Notes: generated from the sequence alone by a model not told the origin. DNA of 64,000 nucleotides from an uncultured Patescibacteria group bacterium (GCA_937921305.1 CAKZSU010000007.1:45330-109329), one strand, 5' to 3'; shown: positions 1 through 10,173, counted from the stretch's first letter. Numbers and translations: made by a program.

Positions 1-311
1 AAAATGAATGGCTCGCGACGAATTGACGCGGTAACCCACCGCCAAGATCACATCCAAACTGTAAAATTCTACTGGTTTATCGGAATTTGGAATGTGCATT
101 TTTTGCACATTGCTTTTTTCATCAACCTCTTTATCTGTAAATATTTTATTGATGTGTTTGGTGATAACTGATCGTTCTTTGCCAAAAAGTAAAACTATTT
201 CATTTTGACGAAGCCATACAGATTCATTTTCAAATCGCACCTTTGGCTCTACCTCGTTTTGGGTTGTTTTATAGAGGACAATTTTTCCTTTTTGAAAATC
301 TTTTTTGTCAT
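1..311 (-). CDS. RhuM/virulence-family (often Fic-associated) DNA-binding protein, N-terminal part; runs off the window
   Basis: Manual translation from ATG at 311: MTKKDFQKGKIVLYKTTQNEVEPKVRFENESVWLRQNEIVLLFGKERSVITKHINKIF...FYSLDVILAVGYRVNSSRAIHF, the typical RhuM-like pattern. Confidence 0.75.
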
Positions 312-313
312 AA

Positions 314-2363
314 TTAACGCCAAAAACTTAAACCTTCTTGTTTTGCCCATTCAATAAACTTTTCGGCGATGCCGTCTGGCAGTTCGCCGTCGTGGTTGTG
401 CAGGTCGTGGTCAATAATAAGATGCCCGTTTTTGTCGAGCTTTGGCTTGCCATCGCCGTTTTTGACATAAACATATTCGCCAGAATTATCCTTGCCTGAT
501 TTTTCCGACACCGCAAAGAAAATGGGGTAATCGTCAACCTTTGGGCATAGAGGACCAGCCTTTGGGTCGTCATTCCATTTTTGGAGAAACAAAACGCTGG
601 TTTTGGTTCCTGTATGCGGTTTGAATGGTTTACATGAAGCCCGACTACCGCAAGGATTCTTGCTCTTTCGGCAATGTATTCGCGAATGGCTTTATCCGAT
701 GTATTGTTAAACCTGCCTTGTGGGAGCACTATTGCCATTCTTCCGCCCGGCTTCAAGAAATTGAGGTTTCTTTCAATAAACAAAATATCGCGTCCAACTT
801 TTGACTTTGGCTTGTTCTTTTCGTTGTAGCCAAGATCGTATTTGTGGATGATGCGTGATTCTTTGATATCTCCGGCAAAGGGCGGATTGGCCATCAGAAT
901 ATCAAAATTAAATTCTTTGTAAGAGTTGGGATCTTTTCGCAAGGCTTCAAGCCTTCTGAGTCCCGCTCCGTACACGTCATACCAGTTGCGATTTTGGATT
1001 GATTCATTCCAGCGGTCATAATCAAGGTTGTTGAGGTGCAAAACATTGGTGTTACCATCTCCGGCGATCAAGTTTAAAGTACGAGCCACACGCACCACCT
1101 TTTCGTCAAAATCAATACCAAACACTTTAAGCACATTTTCTTTTTCTTCTTCGGGAATTTCTGTATTAGAAAACAAATGCCCGGTAATTTTAAAGATTGT
1201 ATGTACTGGAAATCCGCAAGAACCAGCGGCGGTGTCCACCATATATTCACCGGGCTTTGGATTGAGCATCTTAACGCACATATCAATCACATGACGGGGC
1301 GTGAAATATTGTCCTTTTTCGCCTTTTGACGACTTATTAACCAAATATTCAAAAGCCTCATCTATGATTTGCAGATTGGAATTGAAAAGTTTGATATCCT
1401 GCAAACTGGAAACACTGACGGAAAGATGAGAAGGACTAAGCCCGATTTGGCTTGCTTCGTCAAACACGCCCGGCCACTTGGCTTTGGCTTCGTCAAAAAG
1501 TTTTTGGATTTTCTTTTTGAGTTCGCTTTCGGACTGCCCGGTGTTTCTAAACTCCAAAACTCTGAAACTGGAATCGTCCAGTTTTTCTAAAACTTCTTTG
1601 ACTTTTTCATAATCACCGCGGTCTTCTTTGGTGAGTTTATCTTCAAGATAAATCTCTATCCGCATCTTGTCTTTTTTTGCTCTGCAATTCATCGTACAGT
1701 TTGGTAAAAATCAGCTTAAAAACTTCTTCAAAGACATCCACGCCCGCATTTGCCAAAACCTCGTCTTCCATTTCCTGAATAATAGTTTTGAGCGATTTGC
1801 CTTCGTTGGGGATTTTGTCTTTGATGATTAAGTCTTTGAGCGTAAATCGTTCTTTCAAAATATCTTCAAGCGTTTGGTCGGCTTTGGGAATGTCGGTAAT
1901 GTCTTCAAAATAATTCGGGTCTTTGCGATTGTAATGCAAAATTTGCCCACCGTTGGTCCAAACGGCAATCGGCGCGCCAGTGGCGTTGGTGTATGATCGG
2001 AGCTGGTTTTTCCCATCTTGGAGGCGAGGCTTTTTGATTTCAACGATGATGTATTCAACCGTCGGGCGGTCTTTATCAAAAACCACAATGTCGGCGGATT
2101 TTACCTCACGGCCAAAATGGATTGGGTGTTCAAATTTGATTCTTTGTTTTGGATAGCCGTAATCTTCAAAGCAGTTTCATCGCGTAGAGCTGGCGAACGA
2201 CTTCTTCCGGCTTCAAAACAATTTCTTTATCACGAATAACGCAAACAACATACGGCTTACCGTCTTTGAGCGTGATTTTGCTTTCGAGTTCATCAACCAG
2301 CTTTTGATCAAAGATTGAAAGGCTGTAATTTGAATCTTTGATAATGTTTAAAATATTTTTCAT
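314..2363 (-). pseudogene. Type I/IIG-like restriction-modification fusion (HsdR N-terminal-like nuclease + N6-adenine methyltransferase), frameshifted
   Basis: Four ORF pieces (2166-2363, 1643-2086, 328-1692, 314-592) join by single-base shifts near 2165, 1675 and 630; motifs EEVVRQ, ADIVVF..IIVEIK, GQYFTPR, DTAAGSCGF, NPPF. Confidence 0.85.
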
Positions 2364-2368
2364 AAAGT

Positions 2369-3282
2369 TTATTTATTCAAATCATAACTTTGTTTGATAA
2401 GCGCAAAGACGGCATCCAGATTTTCTTCACTTTCTAATTTTACCTCATAGTCGCCATTGCCCCAGTGTCCGATTGGTTTCGATTTTGTCAGGTCGCGCGC
2501 CAAAGTTTGCGGATCATTAAGTTGTCCGCTTTTTACATTTAAAAAAATTTAAAACCCATAATGCTTTATAACAATATCAGTAAAATTGGTTGATGTTTTA
2601 TAGGCAATATATTTGGCTTTCGCTTCCTCAATTATATTTTCATCAAGTGATAATATTTTCTCCCGCAAAGCTTGGAATAGGTCGATAGTTTGCTTGTCAA
2701 TTCTGACAAGGTGATCATCAATAGAATATGTTTTTTTGTAACGCTTTCATTTTTTATTTGCCTTGCTTTGCTTTTCTAACTATGCCCGATGTAGAAATTC
2801 TAACTTTTTGATAATTCTCTGGCTCAACATACAAGATATTTTCGTCGTAAATACGATAATGCAAAACTCAACATTGATCGGCAGAATATCTGCCGTATCG
2901 AGGTCAAATTTATTGTAGCTTTCGGGAATGCAGATGACACGAGGCGAGTCCCAATCAATTTCAATATCTACTTTTTTGTTTTGGTACAGAATTTCAAAAT
3001 CGGCTTTGTGGTCAAGAAGCCACCGCAAATATGAAAGTCCTTGATTGATAACATTATCGTTTTGGTTTTTCTTGTACTCAATAATGCAGGGCGATCCGTT
3101 TTTATCTATGCCAAGCGTGTCAATTCTGCCGCCAAAACTGGTTGAGTATTCATGAGCAAAAAAACGATATTCAAAATTTCTTTCAAATTGACTTCAAAAA
3201 GTTCTTGAAGATTGCGCTCTAAATCGAAATCGCGGGCAACTAACTTTTTGACTGCTGAATTGTTGATTTTGAATAGTGCCAC
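2369..3282 (-). pseudogene. NucS/DUF91-like endonuclease + DUF5655 domain protein, frameshifted
   Basis: Fragments read ERNLQELFE, GGRIDTLGIDKNGSPCIIEYKK, NQGLSYLRWL and C-terminal GHWGNGDYEV...LIKQSY; several frame breaks. Confidence 0.7.
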
Positions 3283-3286
3283 AGTT

Positions 3287-3508
3287 TTATTTCACTAAAT
3301 CATCTAAAGAAATGCCAAGACCATCGGCGATTTTTGTTATCGTTTGCAAAGATGGATTTTGAATGACATCGCTCTCAATTTTAGCCAAAGTTGTATAGGG
3401 AATATCCGCCTTTTTAGCTAAAGCGTCTTGCGTAATGTCCTTCTTTTTACGCCATGCTTTGATTTTCTGCCCTATTGTTTTGACTTGATTCATTTTCTTT
3501 TCTTCCAT
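3287..3508 (-). CDS. XRE-family helix-turn-helix transcriptional regulator
   Basis: IGQKIKAWRKKKDITQDALAKKADIPYTTLAKIESDVIQNPSLQTITKIADGLGISLDDL; intact; divergent from the recombinase. Confidence 0.9.
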   Translation of the reverse strand: MEEKKMNQVKTIGQKIKAWRKKKDITQDALAKKADIPYTTLAKIESDVIQNPSLQTITKIADGLGISLDDLVK

Positions 3509-3594
3509 ATAATGTTAGTATAAAGATATTGGCATTTAACAATCATCAATGCTATTGATAACAAATAAAATGAAAACAGTCCAATTAAAAATAA

Positions 3595-3885
3595 GGGAAG
3601 CCCACTTTTGGCCCAAAATGAAGTTCGAGCCGATATTTTTTCAGGTTCTTTGGCAGTTTTTCAATCCGAAAGGGTCGCTTCTGCGGGCGGAAGGGAGGAT
3701 CTGGGGAGAATTCCGCCCGCCCTACAAATTTTGGGCGAAATCAGTTCGATTTTTTTCGAACGTACACCGCCAGTTAGGAAATGTCTTTGTTGGCTCGCCC
3801 TCTGCGAGGGCTCGCCAGCCGATTTTAAGCGCAAATTCGAATTTTTTATCTTTGCCCCGGAGGGGCTGGCCAAAGCGGGCTTCCC
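3595..3885 (+). other. Structured recombinase leader: closing inverted repeat enclosing antisense copies of the recombinase ORF
   Basis: 3595-3613 pairs with 3868-3885; 3614-3641 is the reverse complement of 5250-5277; 3642-3661 of 4055-4074; 3767-3853 of 5278-5364. Confidence 0.75.
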
Positions 3886-3917
3886 GAATTTTCATTTTTA
3901 ATTTTTAAGGAGTAACT

Positions 3918-5502
3918 ATGAAGTATTTTATCTACACTCGAAAATCAACGGACAGCGAAGAAAGACAGGTTTTAAGTATTGAAGCTTAGCTTACTGAGCT
4001 AAAAGAATTTGCCGCCAAAGAAAGACTTGAAATCGTCGCCTCGCTTTGCGAGGCAAAAACTGCTAAAGAACCTGGCCGAAAAATTTTCGGCGAAATGCTT
4101 GCTCGGATTGAAAGGGACGAAGCCCAAGGAATTTTGGCTTGGCATCCGGACAGACTGGCTAGAAATTCAATAGACGGGGGCAAAATCATTTATTTGCTGG
4201 ACACAGAAAAAATCAAGGATTTAAAATTTCCGACTTTTTGGTTTGAGAATACGCCACAGGGGAAGTTTATGCTTTCAATCGCCTTTGGGTAAAGCAAATA
4301 CTATGTTGATAATCTTTCAGAAAACATAAAGCGGGGACATCGCCAAAAACTGCGAAAAGGAATTTGGCCCGGCTTCGCGCCTCTTTGCTATCTTAACAAT
4401 CATCGGACTAAAGAAATTGATTTAGACAAAGAAAAAGCGCTATTTATCAAAAAAGCATTTGAACTTTATGTCATCGGCGACTACACATTAAAGCAATAAA
4501 GCAGTTTTTGGCGGACAGTGGGATAACAAGTTATAGAAAAAACCGCTTTCTGTTTCCTGTGTCCAGCGAATGCTTAAAAAGCATTTCTACTATGGAGTAT
4601 TTAAGTTTAACAACGAATTTTATCAAGGAACTCACGAGCCAATTATTTCAAAGAAACTTTTTGATTCTGTTCAACAAGTCATGAATAGCCGAGGCAAGAA
4701 AAAGAGAAAACGGAAATACGAATTCGCTTTTTCCGGACTTATGCGTTGCAGAAATTGCGGCTGTATGATAACTGCAGAAAAACAAAAAGGCCATAACTAC
4801 TACCGATGCACCAAGAAAAAAGAAAGATGCGATGAGAAGTATTTAAGAGAGGAAAATCTTATTGAACAGATGAAAAATTTTATTCAAAAAGTTTCTGTGC
4901 CGGATAAATGGGCTAAAAATGCTCGCCGAGTTAGATAAAGAAAAAGAGCAAGCCAAGAGAAAAAGCGAAAATTTTGTTCAAAATCTCCGTCAACAAAAAG
5001 CGGAGGGTCGAGCGGAAAATTGAAAAATTGTTAGATCTTTATATTTCCGGCGGGAGATTTGACGCTTGAAGAATACCAAGCCAAGAAACAAAAACTGCTC
5101 AACGAAAAACTGGATATTGAACAAAGATTAAGAGATTTTGAACAAATGGGAAATAATTGGCTCGAACCGTTGAAAGAAATGATTTTAACCAGTAGCCAAG
5201 CCAAAATTCTTTTTTCGCAAAGCGACAAAACGCAAATCCGAGCATTTCTAAAAAATATCGGCTCGAACTTTATTTTGAAAGACAAAAAATTAAATTTCCG
5301 CTTTAAAATCGACTGGCGAGCCCTCGCAGAGGGCGAACCAACAAAGACATTTCCTAATTGGCGGAGAGGGTGGGATTCGAACCCACGAAGAGCTTGCGCC
5401 CTTAGCGGTTTTCAAGACCGCCGCACTAGACCACTATGCGACCTCTCCATGTATTCTTTCAATTTTATCATAATGCTCGCAATTATTTTGTATTACTCAT
5501 GA
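3918..5502 (+). pseudogene. Large serine recombinase (resolvase + recombinase + Zn-ribbon + coiled coil), inactivated
   Basis: MKYFIYTRKST..RQVLSI, WHPDRLARNS, YYVDNLSENIKRG, CRNCGC..YYRC; in-frame TAG 3987-3989 and TAA 4290-4292 plus frameshifts; last fragment reads through the tRNA-Ser gene antisense. Confidence 0.85.
5359..5448 (-). tRNA. tRNA-Ser(UGA)
   Basis: GGAGAGG acceptor stem, GCGGT-CTTGAAA-ACCGC anticodon arm, long variable arm, GTTCGAATC, encoded CCA. Confidence 0.95.
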
Positions 5503-5520
5503 TATAATCAATTTGATATT

Positions 5521-5604
5521 GGAGAGTGGGCCGGACGGTAAGGCACAGGTTTGCTAAACCTGCGGGACTAACCTCCTGAATGGGTTCGACTCCCATACTC
5601 TCCG
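5521..5604 (+). tRNA. tRNA-Ser(GCU)
   Basis: GGAGAGT/ACTCTCC acceptor, CAGGT-TTGCTAA-ACCTG, variable arm, GTTCGACTC; CCA not encoded. Confidence 0.92.
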
Positions 5605-5609
5605 CAATT

Positions 5610-6314
5610 TTACCTCGCGATCGTTACTCCCCACACGGTCTTCACGCCACCTCGTTTAAGCGCTGTCGCCGCCTCTCTCATGGTTGCGCCAGTGGTAAAT
5701 ACATCGTCAACCAAAAGAACGGTTTCTGGAAGACGAGAACACCTTGTCACTTCAAATATTCCTTGAATATTATGCAACCGCTGCTTTTTCGTTTCCATCT
5801 CTACTTGGGGTTTACTATGTTGCGTCCTCTTCAAAAACGATTCATCGTAATGAAGATTAATTGAATTTGCGAGATACTTTCCAATCAGCGCCGCTTGATT
5901 AAATCCTCGGAATCGTTGCCGAAACGGATGCAAGGGAATTGGAACGACCGTTGCGTCTTTTAAGAACGCATCGCTTACAAAAACCGTTGAAACATCCGCA
6001 AGCGATATGAGATGTAACACCATATCAGACACGAAACTGTATTTAATCTGTTTTATAGCTTTCTGAACTACCCCTTTATATCGAAAAAAACTCATCAACC
6101 CGTCAATCGTATAGTTATTTTTGCACCGGTCATGCGTCGACCCATCAAAACTGTAATATTCGCAGACTGGGCAGATCGGATCAACAATCCGTTCAATAGT
6201 GTTTTGACAAGAAGAACAAATATACGACCCAATCCTTCCGCATCCAACGCAAAACTTTGGAAACAATATGTCAAATACGATACGCATACACGAACGATAT
6301 ATCGTATCCATCAT
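5610..6314 (-). CDS. comF: ComF family competence protein (double Zn-ribbon + PRTase)
   Basis: CVGC..CSSC..CPVC, VVPIPLH, RGFNQA, LLVDDVFTTGAT. Confidence 0.9.
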   Translation of the reverse strand: MMDTIYRSCMRIVFDILFPKFCVGCGRIGSYICSSCQNTIERIVDPICPVCEYYSFDGSTHDRCKNNYTIDGLMSFFRYKGVVQKAIKQIKYSFVSDMVLHLISLADVSTVFVSDAFLKDATVVPIPLHPFRQRFRGFNQAALIGKYLANSINLHYDESFLKRTQHSKPQVEMETKKQRLHNIQGIFEVTRCSRLPETVLLVDDVFTTGATMREAATALKRGGVKTVWGVTIAR

Positions 6315-6437
6315 CTATCGTTCTCAAGATAGTTTATAACACTATATAAAGTTGTTAAAACATGAAGAAAATACAAATACAAGTAAAGAAAAGAGGAATA
6401 ACAAAGACGCGCAAAATATGCGTAAAATTCATAAAAC

Positions 6438-6870
6438 TGGTGGAGATGCCGAGTAGCGAGCTCGGGTCCGAACGGGTATCTTTCCAACATCTACGCGTGT
6501 AGTCTATTTGCTTACTCTAACAATGAGAAAAAATAGACAAATACATTGTTAGAGGTTCGACTGAATAAGATACTCCGAGATCAACCAGTCATTTGATCTC
6601 TGACGCTTCGGCTAAGGTTTATCGCGCAGAAGAATTCACCGAAGCGAAATTCATTCCGCGCGCGTCGCCTTACGCCGCGTACGCGTACGCGTAGCGAGCT
6701 GCTCGGCGAGCGGCAAGTTGGGCTTCAAGTCTCTCGACTTCAGCTTCCAACTCGGTTAATGCTTCATCATCAGCATGTATTTTTTGATATAGTTCTTTTT
6801 CGACTGCTATACCAAAAGTCGACGCGCAGTTGTCAAGGTACCGATCATTCGTCGAATCGCATTCATCCCC
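6438..6870 (-). ncRNA. ssrA: tmRNA (one-piece), with tag reading frame at 6774-6670
   Basis: 5' GGGGATGAATGCGATTCGAC; 3' GACCCGAGCTCGCTACTCGGCATCTCCACCA with G3-U70; internal frame ends YAYAA*; directly downstream of smpB. Confidence 0.92.
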
Positions 6871-6886
6871 ATAAAATAACACTTAA

Positions 6887-7330
6887 TTAGTGTACTTTTC
6901 CTCGAAATTGTCGTTCTAGCTCTCGTTTAAGATCTCTTTTTTTCAACAGTTCTCTTTTTTCGTACTGTTTTCTCCCTTTTGCAACGCCTATCTCAAGTTT
7001 TATTGTGTGTCCTGTAGTATACCAACGCAATGGAATAATCGTCAATCCTCCCGCGTCTATCTTTTGTTTTAATCGAAGGATCTCTTTTTTATGTAACAAC
7101 AACTTTCTCGTTCGTCGAGGATCATACTGTTCAAGGCGAGCAAACGAATATGGATAAATATGTGCGCCGACAAGGTACGCCTCGCTTCCGATGATTTTCA
7201 CAAACGCACCGTCTAGCTTCGCGTGACCGCCCCGAAGCGATTTCACCTCAGGACCAGACAACACGACGCCAACTTCAAGTTTTTCTTGAATATCATATGA
7301 TGATGTAGCGCTTTTATTCGAAATATCCAT
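6887..7330 (-). CDS. smpB: SsrA-binding protein SmpB
   Basis: EVGVVLSGPEVKSLR, RTRKLLLHKKEI, GVAKGRKQYEKRE; start set at ATG 7330. Confidence 0.95.
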   Translation of the reverse strand: MDISNKSATSSYDIQEKLEVGVVLSGPEVKSLRGGHAKLDGAFVKIIGSEAYLVGAHIYPYSFARLEQYDPRRTRKLLLHKKEILRLKQKIDAGGLTIIPLRWYTTGHTIKLEIGVAKGRKQYEKRELLKKRDLKRELERQFRGKVH

Positions 7331-7331
7331 A

Positions 7332-9059
7332 TTACTGTGCATTAAACATATATATCTTCTGATTCGCAAGAAGATAGATCCGATTCATCGAAAACGAAAC
7401 ACCAAATGACGATGGCTCTATAGATGTTCCATACACATACTGCGCCTGGTACGCTCCTTGTTTTGAGAATAAGACAATCCGCGATCGATCAGGATCGAAT
7501 ATATATACCGTAGGATATTGCTCATGAACAGAGACATCAAGAATATTCCCCAATAGAGGATCGATGGAATGAACAATGAACGAATCGTCTCTTCCTTGCG
7601 TATAGCGAAAGATTTTTCCAATTGAACTGCCGATCCAAATCGAGCCATCGATACTCATCCCTCTTACGCTCAAAAGATTCGGCCGAACATCTTCCGCAAG
7701 GTAGGATTCTACTTGATCAAATCCCGACTGAGTTCCTTTGTATCGAAGAATGCTCCCCTTATCTTTCAGTACCCCATAGAGATTTCCGCCATACACAGAA
7801 AACGCGTCAAATGGTTGCTCTATAGACAACACCTTTTGAACATCAGTTTCTCCAACCTTTACTGTCTCGACTGTTGTATCTGTAACGATATACAACGTGT
7901 TTCCTGAAAATGACAAAAATCGTGTTGATGTATATGCCTCTCCACCAGCGACAATTGTCGCGTCTTTACTCACAAGCGATACCACAGCAACCATCCCGAC
8001 ATTCGTGTCCGCGAACGCCAACGCATTCTCTCCAACAGTAAAAAGCGACACCACGCGATCTGGCTGAAGAAACGACGCGTCATAAAAAAATTGGGGATCC
8101 ACAGGATATACTTTTGACACAATCCGAAGATTATCGCGAATCGATTGCTCCAACAACACAATTGTCTTTCCGTCTCTTCCTCTTGGCAACGCCGAACCAG
8201 TGTATGGAGCAATCCGCATCAACGCTTCCTGAAAGTATTCTTGACTTTTGATTGGCTGAAGATCCATGATCGCCGATCCTTTTTTAAACAATGCTTCGGC
8301 CTCTTGTATCGCAATCTTTCGATCGCGATATCTCGTATCGGCAAGTTGCTTCCTTATTCCAAGAATAACGCTCACACAAAAAAACATGATTAACGCAATA
8401 AGAATAATACGACGAAAAGAAAAGAATCGCTTTATCGTATCAATCTTTGCAGAAATCAAGAATCGGAAAGACTGCTTGCTTCGATCAACGACCCGTTGCT
8501 CATCCCGAGGAAGCATAAATTCTATGACGAGCGCAGCCGCTCCTTCCGCATCTTCTCCCTCTTGGACAAATCGTATAGACAAAGCTTCGGCAATCTCTTT
8601 GGGAGAAAGCACAGGCGAGAATAATCCGCGATCGTCCAATCGAATAACGGTTTTTGCGGTTTTTGAAAAAACAATAAGACAATCTTTATCTTTGATCGAT
8701 CCTTTCATAACACCCTCTTGTTCAAGAACTGTGGAAAGAATCCTGCCTCGTCGAAGCAATACCGTTCCTTCTCCAATCATCCAGAGCAAACACGAGGATT
8801 CTTGAATTGAACACAAAAGAAGACTTGCCACGAGATCTTTATTAATTGTTTTTTGAACGTCTGAAACTGATGGAAGACTGTCGGAAGATAAATACAACCG
8901 ATTGATTCGCGTTATTTCGCTTACCCCTTCTTCTTGCGCGTTGCCAACCGACGCTACTTCAATAACCCCAACAACGGACGCGAAGTCAATAATTTGTCCC
9001 CATCGACTGTTTCTGTGAGAAGAAGCAAGAGAAGGATAAATCCGATACGACGCGGGCAT
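7332..9059 (-). CDS. Conserved CPR membrane protein: degenerate PP2C-like N-terminus, one TM helix, C-terminal beta-propeller-like domain
   Basis: 575-aa ORF with central TM; SIDGSIWI and YIFDPDRSRIVLF propeller-like repeats. Confidence 0.55.
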   Translation of the reverse strand: MPASYRIYPSLASSHRNSRWGQIIDFASVVGVIEVASVGNAQEEGVSEITRINRLYLSSDSLPSVSDVQKTINKDLVASLLLCSIQESSCLLWMIGEGTVLLRRGRILSTVLEQEGVMKGSIKDKDCLIVFSKTAKTVIRLDDRGLFSPVLSPKEIAEALSIRFVQEGEDAEGAAALVIEFMLPRDEQRVVDRSKQSFRFLISAKIDTIKRFFSFRRIILIALIMFFCVSVILGIRKQLADTRYRDRKIAIQEAEALFKKGSAIMDLQPIKSQEYFQEALMRIAPYTGSALPRGRDGKTIVLLEQSIRDNLRIVSKVYPVDPQFFYDASFLQPDRVVSLFTVGENALAFADTNVGMVAVVSLVSKDATIVAGGEAYTSTRFLSFSGNTLYIVTDTTVETVKVGETDVQKVLSIEQPFDAFSVYGGNLYGVLKDKGSILRYKGTQSGFDQVESYLAEDVRPNLLSVRGMSIDGSIWIGSSIGKIFRYTQGRDDSFIVHSIDPLLGNILDVSVHEQYPTVYIFDPDRSRIVLFSKQGAYQAQYVYGTSIEPSSFGVSFSMNRIYLLANQKIYMFNAQ

Positions 9060-9065
9060 GATATG

Positions 9066-9287
9066 CTATAGTATAACAAACGCGACGATCCATAATCCAA
9101 TCGCCGCGATAAGATGAATAGCCACTAATACCCGAAACACCGGCTCAAATGTCTCGTCAATCACTTTATCCATGAGATGCTCTTGACGAACCATAATCGC
9201 CGCAAAAATAACATATAAACCGATTCCCACAAGCGCCATAATTTTTACTCCTGCTTGGACAAGAATTGAAAGATTTGGAATATCCAT
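9066..9287 (-). CDS. Small two-TM membrane protein
   Basis: 73 aa, two hydrophobic helices, within an operon. Confidence 0.7.
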   Translation of the reverse strand: MDIPNLSILVQAGVKIMALVGIGLYVIFAAIMVRQEHLMDKVIDETFEPVFRVLVAIHLIAAIGLWIVAFVIL

Positions 9288-9292
9288 AGGCG

Positions 9293-9940
9293 CTATGTCT
9301 TGTGATGTACTTTTCTTACAAGTCCACCGATAACTTTCATAACGTGGGCTGGTTTTGGAATGTAATCAAACTCAAAATTTGTCACTTGACCAGCAGTTTG
9401 AATATAGATATTTCCGTAATTAAATAATGCAGCAAAAAATCCCCCTGCTGTATATGTTACATCTTCTATATTCGACAACCGAGCTTCAGAAAATCGCTTA
9501 TAGAGCAGCTGAAGAAAATCAATATCGATCACCCGCTCATTCGTCACGATATACAAGTTGTAATACCACAAGGTGAAATTCAACAGAGCGTACCCGAAAG
9601 TGGCAAGATACCAAAATGCAATTCCAACTACATAGTATTTAAACGGAATATCTGATACACCAATCACTAAAATCGAAAAAGGGACAATAAATAATGGAGC
9701 AAATATTAAGAAAATAAAAAATATTACCCAGGGAATATTTATCGCCCAGTGGGGACGCATAAAAATAAGCACTTCTTCGCCTTGATGTTGCGTTTCAAAT
9801 TTCACACCAAATGGACGCTCTGCATAACAGGTAAATAAATTCATTCGATCATAACGAAGCGGAATATCATCAATTTTGTCCTCGTTGTGATGGTGCGATT
9901 GATGTGCATGGTAATTGGAATGATCATTTGATTGCATCAT
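9293..9940 (-). CDS. Bacterial PH-domain membrane protein
   Basis: Two TMs, then YIVTNERVIDID..IEDVT..FNYGNIYIQTAG. Confidence 0.8.
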   Translation of the reverse strand: MMQSNDHSNYHAHQSHHHNEDKIDDIPLRYDRMNLFTCYAERPFGVKFETQHQGEEVLIFMRPHWAINIPWVIFFIFLIFAPLFIVPFSILVIGVSDIPFKYYVVGIAFWYLATFGYALLNFTLWYYNLYIVTNERVIDIDFLQLLYKRFSEARLSNIEDVTYTAGGFFAALFNYGNIYIQTAGQVTNFEFDYIPKPAHVMKVIGGLVRKVHHKT

Positions 9941-10173
9941 GTTGATTGTATCACAAAACACTGTCAACAAAACAACATTCTATCGACTTAACCAATCACC
10001 TCAATCATTTTTACTTCTTTTAATGATCATTGTAATCTCGATTAAGAATGTAAAAATATCAATCAAAATTCTTTTCGACCTAATAAAAACATACTAAAGC
10101 ACATTCAATCATAAGAAATATAAGATCATACAATACAATCACCATATCCTAATAAAAGGAAGAAGAACTACTC

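Larger units (their letters stand above)
1..5364. mobile_element. Degenerate integrative (defence-type) island inserted at the tRNA-Ser(UGA) 3' end; left boundary outside the window
   Basis: Recombinase abuts the tRNA CCA end; R-M, nuclease, XRE and RhuM cargo; pseudogenisation concentrated here. Confidence 0.75.

Noticed and set aside
3549-3908. ORFs 3549-3908, 3608-3901 and 3661-3873 as real genes
   Set aside because: They overlap the structured antisense leader and show no family motifs; the repeat structure explains them better.
3767-5364. Repeat pair as a diversity-generating retroelement TR/VR
   Set aside because: The differences are not adenine-specific, and no reverse transcriptase is present in the window.
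5365-5502. Recombinase tail (RGWDSNPR...) as a functional domain
   Set aside because: It is the antisense reading of tRNA-Ser created by integration.
6670-6882. 70-aa ORF as a standalone protein gene
   Set aside because: It lies within the tmRNA; only its 3' half is the tag frame.
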